A DNA stretch of 26,765 bases from an uncultured bacterium (lineage in GTDB: Bacteria > Babelota > Babeliae > Babelales > Babelaceae): positions 1 to 26,765 of the forward strand of contig CAWGPQ010000020.1 in the NCBI GenBank assembly GCA_963824495.1, given 5' to 3'. The position numbers and the translations under genes are program-made. The notes under the pieces are model-generated. The model was not told where the DNA came from. It worked only from the letters and a program-made list of their open reading frames with translations, and made no database searches. Below are positions 8,516-18,128 of this stretch, one piece after another; position 1 is the stretch's first letter, and the number at the start of each line of letters is the position of its first letter.

Positions 8516-10075
8516 ATGACAGCTTTACCTCGAAACAAACAAGAGAAGCGGTTTCAGCAGCTCTATCAATCACTTATGGTAGATGGCAAACTTATATACG
8601 CTGGTACGTTACTCTATCGTGCAGCTCAGCAATGGCCTGATCGTATCGCTCTCATCTGTGAAGGTGTTTCGGTAAGCTATGGTGAGCTCTACCAGCACTC
8701 GGTCTTTATAACCCGTAAATTACTTGCTCTAGATATTAAGCCTGGTGATCGAATTGTTATACTGTTTGAGAATTCGATAAACTTTTACAGGGCTTATTAT
8801 GGCGCGTGGCAAACCGGAGCTGTCGTTGTACCTATGAACATATTTTTGAACCAACGAGAATTTCAACATGTGATTCTTGATGCACAACCAACTGCCATAA
8901 TTGTTTCAGACCATTTGCGAGAAAAACTTGAATCGGTAGCTCTTGAACATACTATTCCCCTGCTTACCGAAGCTGATATAGCCTATGCGCAATTCAGTAA
9001 TAACGGCGCTAACGATGTTTTAAGCTTTACCCCTTTAGCACGTGAACCAGATGACCTTGCGGTACTTCTCTATACATCAGGAACAACAGGGATGCCTAAA
9101 GGTGTTATGCTCAGCTCACGCAATATACTTACCAATTGTGCTCAAGGCGCAGCGCTTTTTCTTATAACAGACCGTGAGCGTGCCTACGCAGCCCTACCCT
9201 TATTTCATAGCTATATGCAGAATACCTGCGTGTGGACAGCTACTATGGTTGGTGCTACAACTATCATTGTCCCTAAAATTAGCCGTCATGCTCTGCTTAA
9301 TGGTCTTGCAGAAAAACCAACAATTCTTTTGGGTATACCGGCTCTGTATGGTCTTTTTGCTCTCTTTAAGAATTTAGATTTTAACAGTGTGCGCTACTGT
9401 ATCTCTGGTGGTGATGCACTGCCAAATAAAATTAGAAAAATATTTGAATTACTCTATCGGCGTAAGATTTGTAATGGCTACGGACTTACCGAAGCCTCAC
9501 CCTTTGTTGCCGGTGAGCTTGATGATATCTTAGAACCCACCAGCAATGTTGGCTATCCATTGGTTGGGATTCAATGTTCTATTCGTACAGAAGACGAACA
9601 CGAAGCTCCACGCGGAACTATAGGTACCCTCTGGATTAAAGGCGATAACGTCATGCTCGGCTATTATAATGCCCCCCAGGCCACTGCAGGCATACTTAAA
9701 GATGGCTGGCTTAATACAGGCGATTTGGCCATGCTGAACCGAGAGGGAAAAATTATTCTCAGTGGCCGCGAGAAAGATCTTATTAGCAATAAGGGCCTTA
9801 AAATATACCCCCAAGAAGTCGAGAATGTTCTTATGACTCATCCTGATGTTCGTCAAGTTGGTGTTGTTGGGCTTAAGAAAAATAACGAAGAAATTGTGGT
9901 CGCCTATGTTGCTACGCCCCACCCTTCATCTCAACTTGAAAACGAGCTCGGTGAATTAGCACGACGCAACTTAGCTACGTATAAAGTACCCCGTCAGTTT
10001 ATTTTACGCACCGATCTGCCCACAACAGCAACAGGAAAAGTTGATAAAAAGCAACTCAAGACTGAACTTAATTAG
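8516..10075 (+). CDS. Long-chain fatty acid--CoA ligase (AMP-binding enzyme, FadD-like)
   Basis: YTSGTTGMPKG, NGYGLTEASP, GWLNTGDL, GREKDLI and LPTTATGKVDK motifs. Confidence 0.9.
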   Translation: MTALPRNKQEKRFQQLYQSLMVDGKLIYAGTLLYRAAQQWPDRIALICEGVSVSYGELYQHSVFITRKLLALDIKPGDRIVILFENSINFYRAYYGAWQTGAVVVPMNIFLNQREFQHVILDAQPTAIIVSDHLREKLESVALEHTIPLLTEADIAYAQFSNNGANDVLSFTPLAREPDDLAVLLYTSGTTGMPKGVMLSSRNILTNCAQGAALFLITDRERAYAALPLFHSYMQNTCVWTATMVGATTIIVPKISRHALLNGLAEKPTILLGIPALYGLFALFKNLDFNSVRYCISGGDALPNKIRKIFELLYRRKICNGYGLTEASPFVAGELDDILEPTSNVGYPLVGIQCSIRTEDEHEAPRGTIGTLWIKGDNVMLGYYNAPQATAGILKDGWLNTGDLAMLNREGKIILSGREKDLISNKGLKIYPQEVENVLMTHPDVRQVGVVGLKKNNEEIVVAYVATPHPSSQLENELGELARRNLATYKVPRQFILRTDLPTTATGKVDKKQLKTELN

Positions 10076-10094
10076 CCATCAACACAAGTTTAAT

Positions 10095-11225
10095 ATGCAA
10101 AAAATTAAGCTTGTTCATTGCATCACAAGTCTGAAAGTAGGAGGCGCAGAGCACTTGCTTGTTACTCTTCTCAAGCACTTACATAATCCTCTCTATGAAC
10201 ATCATGTTATTTATTTTCATGACGGCCCGCTCCGAGCTCACGTTATGAAATTGGGCATTCCAACATATACCATTACCGGTCTCATTGCTCGCTATGATCC
10301 TGTTTTCTGCTGGCGCTTATATCGACTCTTAAAAACTCTTAAGCCTACGGGTATTCATAGTCTTTTATGGTCTTCCAATCTTATCAGTAGCCTCTGTGCT
10401 CGATTGCTCGCTCTGCCGATCGCCTGCGCAGCTCATCTTGTACCAGAAGACGAGGGAGCCCTGCGCACACTCATAAGCCGGTTTCTGCTTGTCGAACCAT
10501 CATATTTTATAGCAGTGTCTCCTACTATTGCGCAAGCCCTTAAAACTACGCTAAATATTTCAACTCAACGAATACTCACAATACCTAATGGTATTGATAC
10601 CCAAGCACTTATTGCCCACGCTACTCAAGAAGCCCTTACTCGAGCTCACTTTGGCTATTCTTCCGATAATTTTGTTATCGGTTCAGTTGGACGCTTTGTA
10701 CAACGTAAAAATTATCATTTACTACTTGAAAGCTTTGCACAGCTTGTTAAACAATACCCTCATATTCGCCTGATGCTTATTGGAACAGGACCAGAAGAGT
10801 ACACATTGCGTGCACAAGCTAAAAAACTAGATATTGAGCATGTAGTACGCTATATTCAAGCGCAACCGGCCTACAGCTATTACCCTCTCTTTGATTGCTT
10901 TGCACAACCGTCGGCCTTTGAGGGCCTTTCACTTGCTCTCCTTGAAGCCCTCTGCTTCAAGCTTCCGGTTATTGTCACAGGAGCTAATCAGCGTCATGAC
11001 GTTATAACGCACCAGCATAATGGCTTAATTATAGAACCTGGTACTATCTCTGAGCTTACTGAAGCTCTTGAACGTGTTATTACTAATAAAGCCCTTTGTA
11101 CACAACTTAGTCAAGCGGGTGGGCAAACAGTTGACAAGCAGTATGGTTTAAGTACTATGCTCCAATCTTACGATACTCTTTTTAAGAAGCTCGCTGTGCT
11201 TAACAAAAGCACAGCACGTGCTTAA
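10095..11225 (+). CDS. GT4 (GT-B fold) glycosyltransferase
   Basis: GGAE, IPNGID, VGRFVQRKN and EGLSLALLEA (EX7E) motifs; likely ATG at 10095. Confidence 0.9.
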   Translation: MQKIKLVHCITSLKVGGAEHLLVTLLKHLHNPLYEHHVIYFHDGPLRAHVMKLGIPTYTITGLIARYDPVFCWRLYRLLKTLKPTGIHSLLWSSNLISSLCARLLALPIACAAHLVPEDEGALRTLISRFLLVEPSYFIAVSPTIAQALKTTLNISTQRILTIPNGIDTQALIAHATQEALTRAHFGYSSDNFVIGSVGRFVQRKNYHLLLESFAQLVKQYPHIRLMLIGTGPEEYTLRAQAKKLDIEHVVRYIQAQPAYSYYPLFDCFAQPSAFEGLSLALLEALCFKLPVIVTGANQRHDVITHQHNGLIIEPGTISELTEALERVITNKALCTQLSQAGGQTVDKQYGLSTMLQSYDTLFKKLAVLNKSTARA

Positions 11226-12274
11226 TAAGTGCTATGTACTTTTTTTGGCAATAGTCGTTAAAGAATTCTACAAGATGGTTATAATAATGATCGGTAGACC
11301 ATAGATGACGATTCTGCTTTGTTAGCTCTGCAAGCATCGTACATTGAGGCGTTGGTATAAGGCAACCCTCAGGCTGCACAATCTTTACCAATTCTTTAAT
11401 ACCTGTTGCAACATTATCTTCATAGGCCTTTCTATTTTGGTGATAAAAATCAAGAGGATTACTATTATTGGGTTGCTCAAGATCGGGGAGTACAAGCTGA
11501 TTATCAGCAACCATAATATTACCCTTAAAGCTCCAGAGACCAGCATAGGCAGGCACGATAAAAAGTTCACGAAGTTTCTTATCATCTAAGCTGCCACTAC
11601 CAGCTTGTATATCTTCAAGTTTAATACCATTTGCTACCGTTTTCTGAAGAACTAAATAATTATTATCAGAAAGCTCTTCTGGTCTACCAGGCACATGATA
11701 TAGATACGTATCAGGTACCGCTACTGTAGAAATAGTATAACGCTCAATAGCATCACGGGCACGAAGCAAATATGCCACTGCAATCACTGTTTGATAGGTG
11801 CGCTCGGGTAAAGGTAAAGCATCAAGCTCTTGGGCAGATAGTTTTGCAGAGTATTTGCCATTAAAAGCTTCAATGTTGCATGCTTCATTAACTGGACCAC
11901 GTATTTTTACAAAATATTTCGGATCTGTGGGCAAGGGAAACGCATAGTTCCAGTTACTATAAATTTTTAATATCCTGTTGTTCAAGCTCTGCTTTACGTT
12001 CTATGTATTCAGTTTTCCATTCGGAAGGCTTTTTCCCTCGCGTAAGTAGCTTACGAACAAGCTCTTTATTTTCACTTACCCATTGATCAGCTTTTTCTTG
12101 AATATCCTGAGGGAGTTCAGGAGCAAGATCTTTCAGGGTTTCTGCCGTTATACGTTGACCCCGATATGTGTCAATTGACCTGCTCATATCGTCGGGTATA
12201 TCTATGGATATATCCATAGCACCTATATACGTGCTGGCGCTTAGTACGAACAAACATGCAATCAGCTTTTGCAT
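11200..12274 (-). CDS. Secreted hypothetical protein with possible protein-kinase-like fold; one frameshift at ~11958 joins ORFs 11957-12286 and 11200-11985
   Basis: Signal peptide MQKLIACLFVLSASTYIGA. Removing one base gives ...DIKNL-SNWNY.... Later motifs are FVKI, VPDTYLY, YLVLQK and GLWSFKGNIMV..LVLPDLE. Confidence 0.6.
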
Positions 12275-12295
12275 AGTATTCCTCAAACTATAAGC

Positions 12296-12991
12296 TCACA
12301 TTCTTGGCGATACATCATGACGCTCTACACATATCTTACAATGAGCAGTGACGATTGCTACGGCGTACTCTATATCGTCAGTAAAGGTTATAAGATCAAC
12401 CGCCTCTTTTACAACAAGCCCCTCTTGTAAAGCATGGGCCATCCATGTTTGATGGGGCTTCCAGTACTCGGCTCCTATCATAACTACAGGGCATCGCTTA
12501 ATCAGCTTTAGTTCCATCGAAACCATAAGCTCTGCAAATTCATCAAGTGTTCCAAAGCCACCGGGAAAAACAATAAAGCCTATCGAATAATTAATAAGCA
12601 GCCATTTACGAGCAAAGAAGTAATCGAGCATCACGAAAGCTTTTTGAGCACAGGCATTAATAGGCTCATGGGGAAGCCTGCTCACTCCTATTCCCATGGT
12701 TCTAATAACGCCCTTTGTGGCGTGACGAGCAGCTCCACAATTGGCAGCTTCCATAATGCCAGGTCCGCCTCCTGTTAATACAGAAATATTGTTTTCTACT
12801 AAGCGTTGTGCAGCAAGTTCCGCCTGCTTTGTATAGAAGCTTCCACGCTTAAGCCGACTACCACCAAAAATGCTTACACAAGGCTGGGGTAAATGAGATA
12901 TTTCCCAATGACCATAGATCATTGAAATTATTGCTCTGATAAAACCATAGCCTAAGCTAATATTCTCTTTTATTCGCCTGAAGAACTTCAT
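12296..12991 (-). CDS. LOG-family (TIGR00730-type) Rossmann-fold nucleotide phosphoribohydrolase
   Basis: VSIFGGSR, TGGGPGIMEAANCGA, YFFARK and FPGGFGTLDE motifs; GAGG RBS. Confidence 0.92.
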   Translation of the reverse strand: MKFFRRIKENISLGYGFIRAIISMIYGHWEISHLPQPCVSIFGGSRLKRGSFYTKQAELAAQRLVENNISVLTGGGPGIMEAANCGAARHATKGVIRTMGIGVSRLPHEPINACAQKAFVMLDYFFARKWLLINYSIGFIVFPGGFGTLDEFAELMVSMELKLIKRCPVVMIGAEYWKPHQTWMAHALQEGLVVKEAVDLITFTDDIEYAVAIVTAHCKICVERHDVSPRM

Positions 12992-13061
12992 ACTACACCT
13001 CTAGTTTTTTTAATACTAGGCATAATCAAGCTTCTTATGCAATAGAGTGTACTTAAGCAGG

Positions 13062-13450
13062 CTATGGCAAGTGCTCAGCAATGGTGCAATCGCTGCCGTT
13101 CTGGCAGATAACAAATTGCTCCGTTCCAGCTTCAGCGAGCTTTTCCCGTGCTTGTATAAGTTCATAAAGTTGTTCACAGGCGACTTCTATTTCACAAGGG
13201 CTATCCTTCGTCGGCATATAAGTCACCTAGTATAACAGTATCACCTTGCTTGTGCAGATAGCAGCTATCGGTACCAATAGTGTGCTCAAGTTTATCGTTA
13301 AGCCACGTTTTAAAATATTCAGTGGAAGGGGAAAGAGTACCGAAGAATGACCACAACAGGATGCAATCGTTAGTATTTAATAATCGTTCCGAAAGAGATA
13401 TCTATAGCGCCACAACTTAATACTCAAAATAGCTTGCCACTAACATATAA
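13062..13450 (-). pseudogene. Degraded small hypothetical gene
   Basis: Protein-like stretch EYFKTWLNDKLEHTIGTDSCYLHKQGDTVILGDLYADE continues after frameshifts as DSPCEIEVACEQLYELIQA..LAEAGTEQFVICQNG; fills a ~500-bp gap in a minus-strand gene run; start uncertain. Confidence 0.4.
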
Positions 13451-13491
13451 TAACAAAACACGTCTTGATCTTGGATAAGTTAACTTATTAA

Positions 13492-14316
13492 TCATTTAGT
13501 TTTAATGACAGTTTTTTGCACAGTCAAAACTTGCCAGAGCTGAAGCAATTCTTTTATGCTTAACTCTTGAGCTCGTAGTTTAAGGTAGCTATCAGGAATA
13601 CCCTGTAAATTATACTGTGTTTGACTGAGATTGTTTTTGAGGGTTCGTCGCGGTTGATGAAAGCACACTTTAATAAATTTCCAGAACTCAGGCTCATTGG
13701 CAATAGGCTGAACATCGCGCCGTGGCTTAAAGTAGAGAAGACGCGAGTATACTTTTGGTGGCGGATAAAACGCCGTCGGTGGAATTTTTATAAGTAGTTT
13801 CCATTCAAAGTAGTACTGAAGAAAAAGTGAGACAAATCCATAACCACGCCCTGAAGTCTTGACGATCTTTTGAGCGACTTCTTCTTGAACCATAACGACA
13901 CCTTCATGGATAAGCTCCCGGTGCCTTTGTATAAGATATAAGATGGGAAGCGCTACTTGATAGGGCAAATTAGATAATACCGTCCAGGGTTTATGGCACT
14001 CAAATAGGCTAAAATCTACATCTAAAAAATTTTCTTGAAACATGGTAATGCGGGAATCTTGATACGTACGAACAATATATGCGGCCCATTCTGGATCAAT
14101 TTCAAATTCCCATAAACGTTTAATAGGCATTTTTAAAATAGAGTTCGTTAAAAAACCATCTCCTGGCCCTATTTCTAGTACTGATGTTTCAGGCGTTAAT
14201 TCAACATGCGCAAGCATGGTATCAACAACCGACTGCTGACGTAAAAAGTGCTGTCCATAACGCTTTTTAAGCTGTATACCGTGAGTTGCTGGAGGAGTCG
14301 CTGAAGAATATGCCAT
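13492..14316 (-). CDS. rsmA: 16S rRNA m6,6A1518/A1519 dimethyltransferase
   Basis: KKRYGQHFL, VLEIGPGDG, SNLPYQ, MVQEEVA, FYPPPKVYS and FHQPRRTLKNNL motifs. Confidence 0.95.
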   Translation of the reverse strand: MAYSSATPPATHGIQLKKRYGQHFLRQQSVVDTMLAHVELTPETSVLEIGPGDGFLTNSILKMPIKRLWEFEIDPEWAAYIVRTYQDSRITMFQENFLDVDFSLFECHKPWTVLSNLPYQVALPILYLIQRHRELIHEGVVMVQEEVAQKIVKTSGRGYGFVSLFLQYYFEWKLLIKIPPTAFYPPPKVYSRLLYFKPRRDVQPIANEPEFWKFIKVCFHQPRRTLKNNLSQTQYNLQGIPDSYLKLRAQELSIKELLQLWQVLTVQKTVIKTK

Positions 14317-14320
14317 AGAA

Positions 14321-14809
14321 TTAGGTCAGGTCTTTATTCATAACTATGAGATGGGAGGAGTGCTGAGTCATTTCTTGGTCAGTCCCAACTTCTTCAAATC
14401 CTAGTTTACGATAAAATAGGCTAAGCCCGTCATGATCTCGCTCAATTTCAACGCGCATATACTGAGCATAAGGAAATGCTGCACGTGCTGCACCTACCAA
14501 AAGCCTACCGGTACCCTTACGTTGATATTCAGGATCAACACAAACCCTCTGAATAACGATCGTGTAGGGATCGAAAAAATAAGCACCAATAACGCCAACG
14601 ATAGTATCATGCTCTAAGCGAGCAACACCCCAATAGTAATTTTTGTCTGATAGGGCATCGTACAAGATACCCTCATCACGAACAAGGGCTACGAGCTCAT
14701 CATGTGATTTTGGCGTAAGCACGTGGGAAAATTTATTAAGCCACACTTCGCGAAAAAATCTCTGAATATCAGGTAACATAGTAAGATGTGCATGATAGAT
14801 AGTAACCAT
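14321..14809 (-). CDS. GNAT-family N-acetyltransferase
   Basis: VDPEYQRKGTGRLL acetyl-CoA motif and FYRKLGF. Confidence 0.88.
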   Translation of the reverse strand: MVTIYHAHLTMLPDIQRFFREVWLNKFSHVLTPKSHDELVALVRDEGILYDALSDKNYYWGVARLEHDTIVGVIGAYFFDPYTIVIQRVCVDPEYQRKGTGRLLVGAARAAFPYAQYMRVEIERDHDGLSLFYRKLGFEEVGTDQEMTQHSSHLIVMNKDLT

Positions 14810-14828
14810 AAAAGCTCCCTACTGACTC

Positions 14829-15872
14829 TTATTTAAGCAGTGCTTCTCTAAAAAAGTCAAGGTTTTCAAGCACACGACCTGCACCATTAACAACACATAA
14901 TAATGGATTTTCAGCAATACGGACAGGCAGACCCGTTTCTTGAGAAATAAGCTTATCAAGCCCACGTAATTGCGAGGCACCTCCTGCCATAGTAATACCG
15001 GTGTCAACCAAATCAGATGAAAGTTCCGGTGGTGTATTTTCGAGTGCGATACGTACCACATCAACGATGCTTGATATGGTTTCAAGCAACGATTCCTGGA
15101 CTTCAGCACTGCTCAATTTAATAATCTTAGGCACACCTGTTATAAGATCTCGGCCCTTAACTTCCATGCTTTCGATTGGTTCATTAAGAAGTACCGTGCC
15201 AATAGCAATCTTAACCATTTCAGCAGTACGTTCACCAATTAATAAATTATATTTGCGCTTAACATAATGTACGATAGCTCGATCCATTTCATCACCGCCA
15301 ACACGGACAGAACGGCAGAATACCATGTTCTTAAGTGTTATAACGGCAACCTCAGTAGTACCGCCGCCAATATCGACTATCATGCTTCCTGATGGTTCAT
15401 GTACCGGCAATCCTGCTCCAATAGCTGCAGCAAGCGGCTCAACAATAATATATACCTCACGAGCACCTGCTTGTTTTGCGGATTCTTCAATGGCGCGACG
15501 CTCAACTTGCGTAATACCAGAAGGTACACCGATAACCATACGCGGGCGCACAAGCGTTCGCCGGTTATCGTGCACTTCACGAATAAAATAGCGAAGCATG
15601 CTTTCTGCTAATTCGAAATTGGCTATTACGCCATCGCGCATCGGGCGACATGCTACAATGCTTTCTGGAGTTTTACCGAGCATCTCCTTGGCGAGCTTAC
15701 CAGCTGCCAATACTTTTTTAGTACCTGCCTCAACTGCCACTACGGTAGGCTCGTTTAATACAACGCCACCCTTATTGGGAACATAGATTACAGTATTTGC
15801 TGTACCAAGATCTATTGCAAGATCATTAGAAAATAGACTGAATAACCGTTGCGCGGGAAAAAATTTTACCAT
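14829..15872 (-). CDS. mreB: Rod shape-determining actin homolog MreB
   Basis: DLAIDLGTANT, RPMRDGVIA, GVPSGITQVERRA, VDIGGGTTEVA and GERTAE motifs. Confidence 0.97.
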   Translation of the reverse strand: MVKFFPAQRLFSLFSNDLAIDLGTANTVIYVPNKGGVVLNEPTVVAVEAGTKKVLAAGKLAKEMLGKTPESIVACRPMRDGVIANFELAESMLRYFIREVHDNRRTLVRPRMVIGVPSGITQVERRAIEESAKQAGAREVYIIVEPLAAAIGAGLPVHEPSGSMIVDIGGGTTEVAVITLKNMVFCRSVRVGGDEMDRAIVHYVKRKYNLLIGERTAEMVKIAIGTVLLNEPIESMEVKGRDLITGVPKIIKLSSAEVQESLLETISSIVDVVRIALENTPPELSSDLVDTGITMAGGASQLRGLDKLISQETGLPVRIAENPLLCVVNGAGRVLENLDFFREALLK

Positions 15873-17131
15873 AAGTCAGACTCGATACGTAATGAAACAC
15901 CAAATGTTTTACTTGACCTCTCACTTACAATCCCCCCAAGAGGAATGTCTAAGTCACATGATATTACAGGAAGAGCTCCACGAAATTCCCGTGATTTGCC
16001 GACATCATAGAATACCGTTAGTGTAACATACTGTATACCCCATTTCGATCGTTGTGTAACGTCCTGTATATTACCAGAAAGTGTGTTATCAGTGCTAACG
16101 CTACGTATCCGATCACGATTATGCTTTATGAGCGTGTATAGTGCTCGAGCTCCCAAGCCCTCGCGTAACCCTTCAACCTGAATATAGGGTGAGAACACAA
16201 ACGTTAACCCAGGATTGACACGTGCGGTATCAACGAGTACAGCATAATTAAGAGGTTCATGCAAAATTGGTATACGAATACGAGTAGTTCGCGCAAATCG
16301 CTTGTTGAGACGGAGCATAAGCCCTGCTTTCCAGTTTTCCTTGAGCGTAAACTCAGCATCAAGGGCACCATAGATACCCCAATGCTTGTTGCCACCAACC
16401 GGAACTGATGCGGGGTTATAGATATCAAATTCAGGCGCCGTAGGGATCAAGGCACCTAATTTTAACCCTACTTGAATACGCCTCATTTTTAAAACATAAT
16501 CATATATAGTACCAAAGCGTATATACAGATCAAGGTCACCACTACTATTTTTATTCCATAGGCCAGGCGATACTCCAATCAACTTATGCATCTGAGAATT
16601 AACAGCCAATAGTTCTCGATTTTCAGCAAGGCTCCCCTGTACTGCATCAAGATTAAGTAACAGCTCTAATCGGGAACTCACATGGATAAAAAGCCAATCA
16701 AAACCAAAGCCGAACCAATTAGTCAGCCACTGGTAATAAGCAAGCTCAAAACCCCATGCTTCGCGCCGTCCACACTGGCGCCAGGGCAGTGAATTTCTAA
16801 TACGAAAATCAGAACGCAAAAGACTATGATCAGTTATTCCTGCCTTTCGCAGTGCCCTATCCATACCAAGTTGATCATAGGTGCCATTAATCTCAAAAAG
16901 ACCAAATTCATCGTTATCATCAATATCAGGGTGATCAAATGCAGTATGAGAGAAAAAATAAAATGGCCTAATAGCCCAATGGGATGATGCTTCTATGGGA
17001 TAGGCATTGGGTAAAAATGGCTTTTGTATCAAGGGAAAAAAGCGGTTATCAAATACCATGCCCTCTACGCTCAAATATGCAGCGAATGAGAACAGCGTAA
17101 GTAGTATAAAAAAACGAGATTGTTTGAGCAT
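15866..17131 (-). CDS. Secreted hypothetical protein, probable outer-membrane beta-barrel
   Basis: Signal peptide, many alternating amphipathic strands and an aromatic C-terminal residue (..VSLRIESDLW); 3' end overlaps the mreB start by 7 nt. Confidence 0.65.
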   Translation of the reverse strand: MLKQSRFFILLTLFSFAAYLSVEGMVFDNRFFPLIQKPFLPNAYPIEASSHWAIRPFYFFSHTAFDHPDIDDNDEFGLFEINGTYDQLGMDRALRKAGITDHSLLRSDFRIRNSLPWRQCGRREAWGFELAYYQWLTNWFGFGFDWLFIHVSSRLELLLNLDAVQGSLAENRELLAVNSQMHKLIGVSPGLWNKNSSGDLDLYIRFGTIYDYVLKMRRIQVGLKLGALIPTAPEFDIYNPASVPVGGNKHWGIYGALDAEFTLKENWKAGLMLRLNKRFARTTRIRIPILHEPLNYAVLVDTARVNPGLTFVFSPYIQVEGLREGLGARALYTLIKHNRDRIRSVSTDNTLSGNIQDVTQRSKWGIQYVTLTVFYDVGKSREFRGALPVISCDLDIPLGGIVSERSSKTFGVSLRIESDLW

Positions 17132-17174
17132 AAGGCGCATCCTGAAAGCACTGGTGCACGTAAACGATTATTAT

Positions 17175-17266
17175 TGGAGGAGAGAGGGGGATTCGAACCC
17201 CCGATCCCGATTGCTCGGGATAACCGCTTTCGAGGCGGCCGCTTTCGACCACTCAGCCATCTCTCC
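17175..17266 (-). tRNA. tRNA-Ser(CGA)
   Basis: GGAGAGA/TCTCTCC acceptor stem, TGGCTGAGTGGTCGAAAGC D-arm, CT-CGA-AA anticodon loop, long variable arm (ATCCCGA GCAA TCGGGAT), GGGGG TTCGAAT CCCCC T-arm, encoded CCA. Confidence 0.96.
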
Positions 17267-17509
17267 CTTGCTTATCGTTACCCTCTCGAGGTTTTTTAGT
17301 TCTTAGATACAGGATAAACGATTTGTTTTTTTTGAAAAGCAATTTATAAGCAAAATATAGTGAACTATACTATAATTAACTTAGGAAATAAGCTTACAAC
17401 CATTAAATTACCTAAATTGGGATTACTAGACAGGGCGATACCCCCTATTAAAATACCACATTTTATAACAAATATAAATAAAATTTATTCGTCTATCTTC
17501 CCCAAGTAC

Positions 17510-17538
17510 TTGACTTTGCCAAATATATTTGGTAGAAT
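17510..17538 (+). promoter_or_regulatory. Sigma70 promoter of the hicAB locus with a palindromic operator in the spacer
   Basis: TTGACT-17 nt-TAGAAT; the spacer contains the perfect palindrome CCAAATATATTTGG (17519-17532). Confidence 0.7.
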
Positions 17539-17562
17539 AACATTATCTACTTGGAGAGGATC

Positions 17563-17652
17563 GTGCCTATTCGTGGAAAAGAAATGTGCAAACTTTTTGC
17601 ATGCTTTAAGAAAGATATTAGAGAGCCTTACACTGAAGGGTTATATGTATGA
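17563..17652 (+). pseudogene. hicA: Internally deleted HicA toxin remnant (29 codons)
   Basis: GGAGAGGA RBS; GTG start gives MPIRGKEMCKLF (HicA-like N-terminus); a shifted frame gives HALRKILE (HicA-like C-terminus); the core with the GSH motif is absent; stop overlaps the hicB ATG (ATGA). Confidence 0.6.
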
Positions 17653-18080
17653 AGTACCATTTCAAAATACACAAAGAAGGAAAAGGGTTTTGGGCTCAAT
17701 GCATTGAATTACCAGGCTGCATAACGCAAGCAGATACCAAAGAAGAGCTTCAACCAAACATGCAAGGAGCTCTCAATCTCTATATTGAAGAACCGGAGGA
17801 CTCTAAAGAATTGGCACCTCTTCCTGATGAATTTATAAAGCACTCCAAAAATATCGTTGCAGTTGCACTTGATCCCCAAATTGCCTTCTCTTTTTTGATA
17901 AGATACTACAGAATTAAGCAGGGCATTACACAACAAGAGGCAGCAAAAAAAATGGGATTCGATACAATCTATAGCTATCAAAGGCTTGAGGCTGGCGCTT
18001 GCAATCCAAGCTTGAAAATTATTTCTAGAGTAAAGAAAGTCTTTCCTGACTTTTCTATTGATTACGCTATTAATAGCTAA
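17649..18080 (+). CDS. hicB: HicB-family antitoxin with C-terminal XRE HTH
   Basis: GFWAQCIELPGCITQADTKEEL..NMQGALNLY HicB domain; GITQQEAAKKMG..YQRLEAG..NPSL HTH. Confidence 0.9.
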   Translation: MKYHFKIHKEGKGFWAQCIELPGCITQADTKEELQPNMQGALNLYIEEPEDSKELAPLPDEFIKHSKNIVAVALDPQIAFSFLIRYYRIKQGITQQEAAKKMGFDTIYSYQRLEAGACNPSLKIISRVKKVFPDFSIDYAINS

Positions 18081-18128
18081 AATACAAGCAAGATTCTAAT
18101 CGTGCAAATACCAACCGCAACCCTCAAC

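Noticed and set aside
15001..15786. Several + strand ORFs inside mreB, and similar antisense ORFs in kdsB, pldA, the acyl-CoA ligase and ankyrin genes
   Set aside because: Antisense or alternate-frame shadows of well-supported genes, with no recognisable motifs
17007..17306. ORFs 17007-17306 (+) and 17049-17252 (-)
   Set aside because: Shadow translations of the tRNA-Ser gene and the neighbouring CDS
17360..17707. 115-aa ORF upstream of hicB as the toxin
   Set aside because: Runs through AT-rich promoter DNA and overlaps hicB; only HALRKILE is HicA-like and the catalytic core is absent
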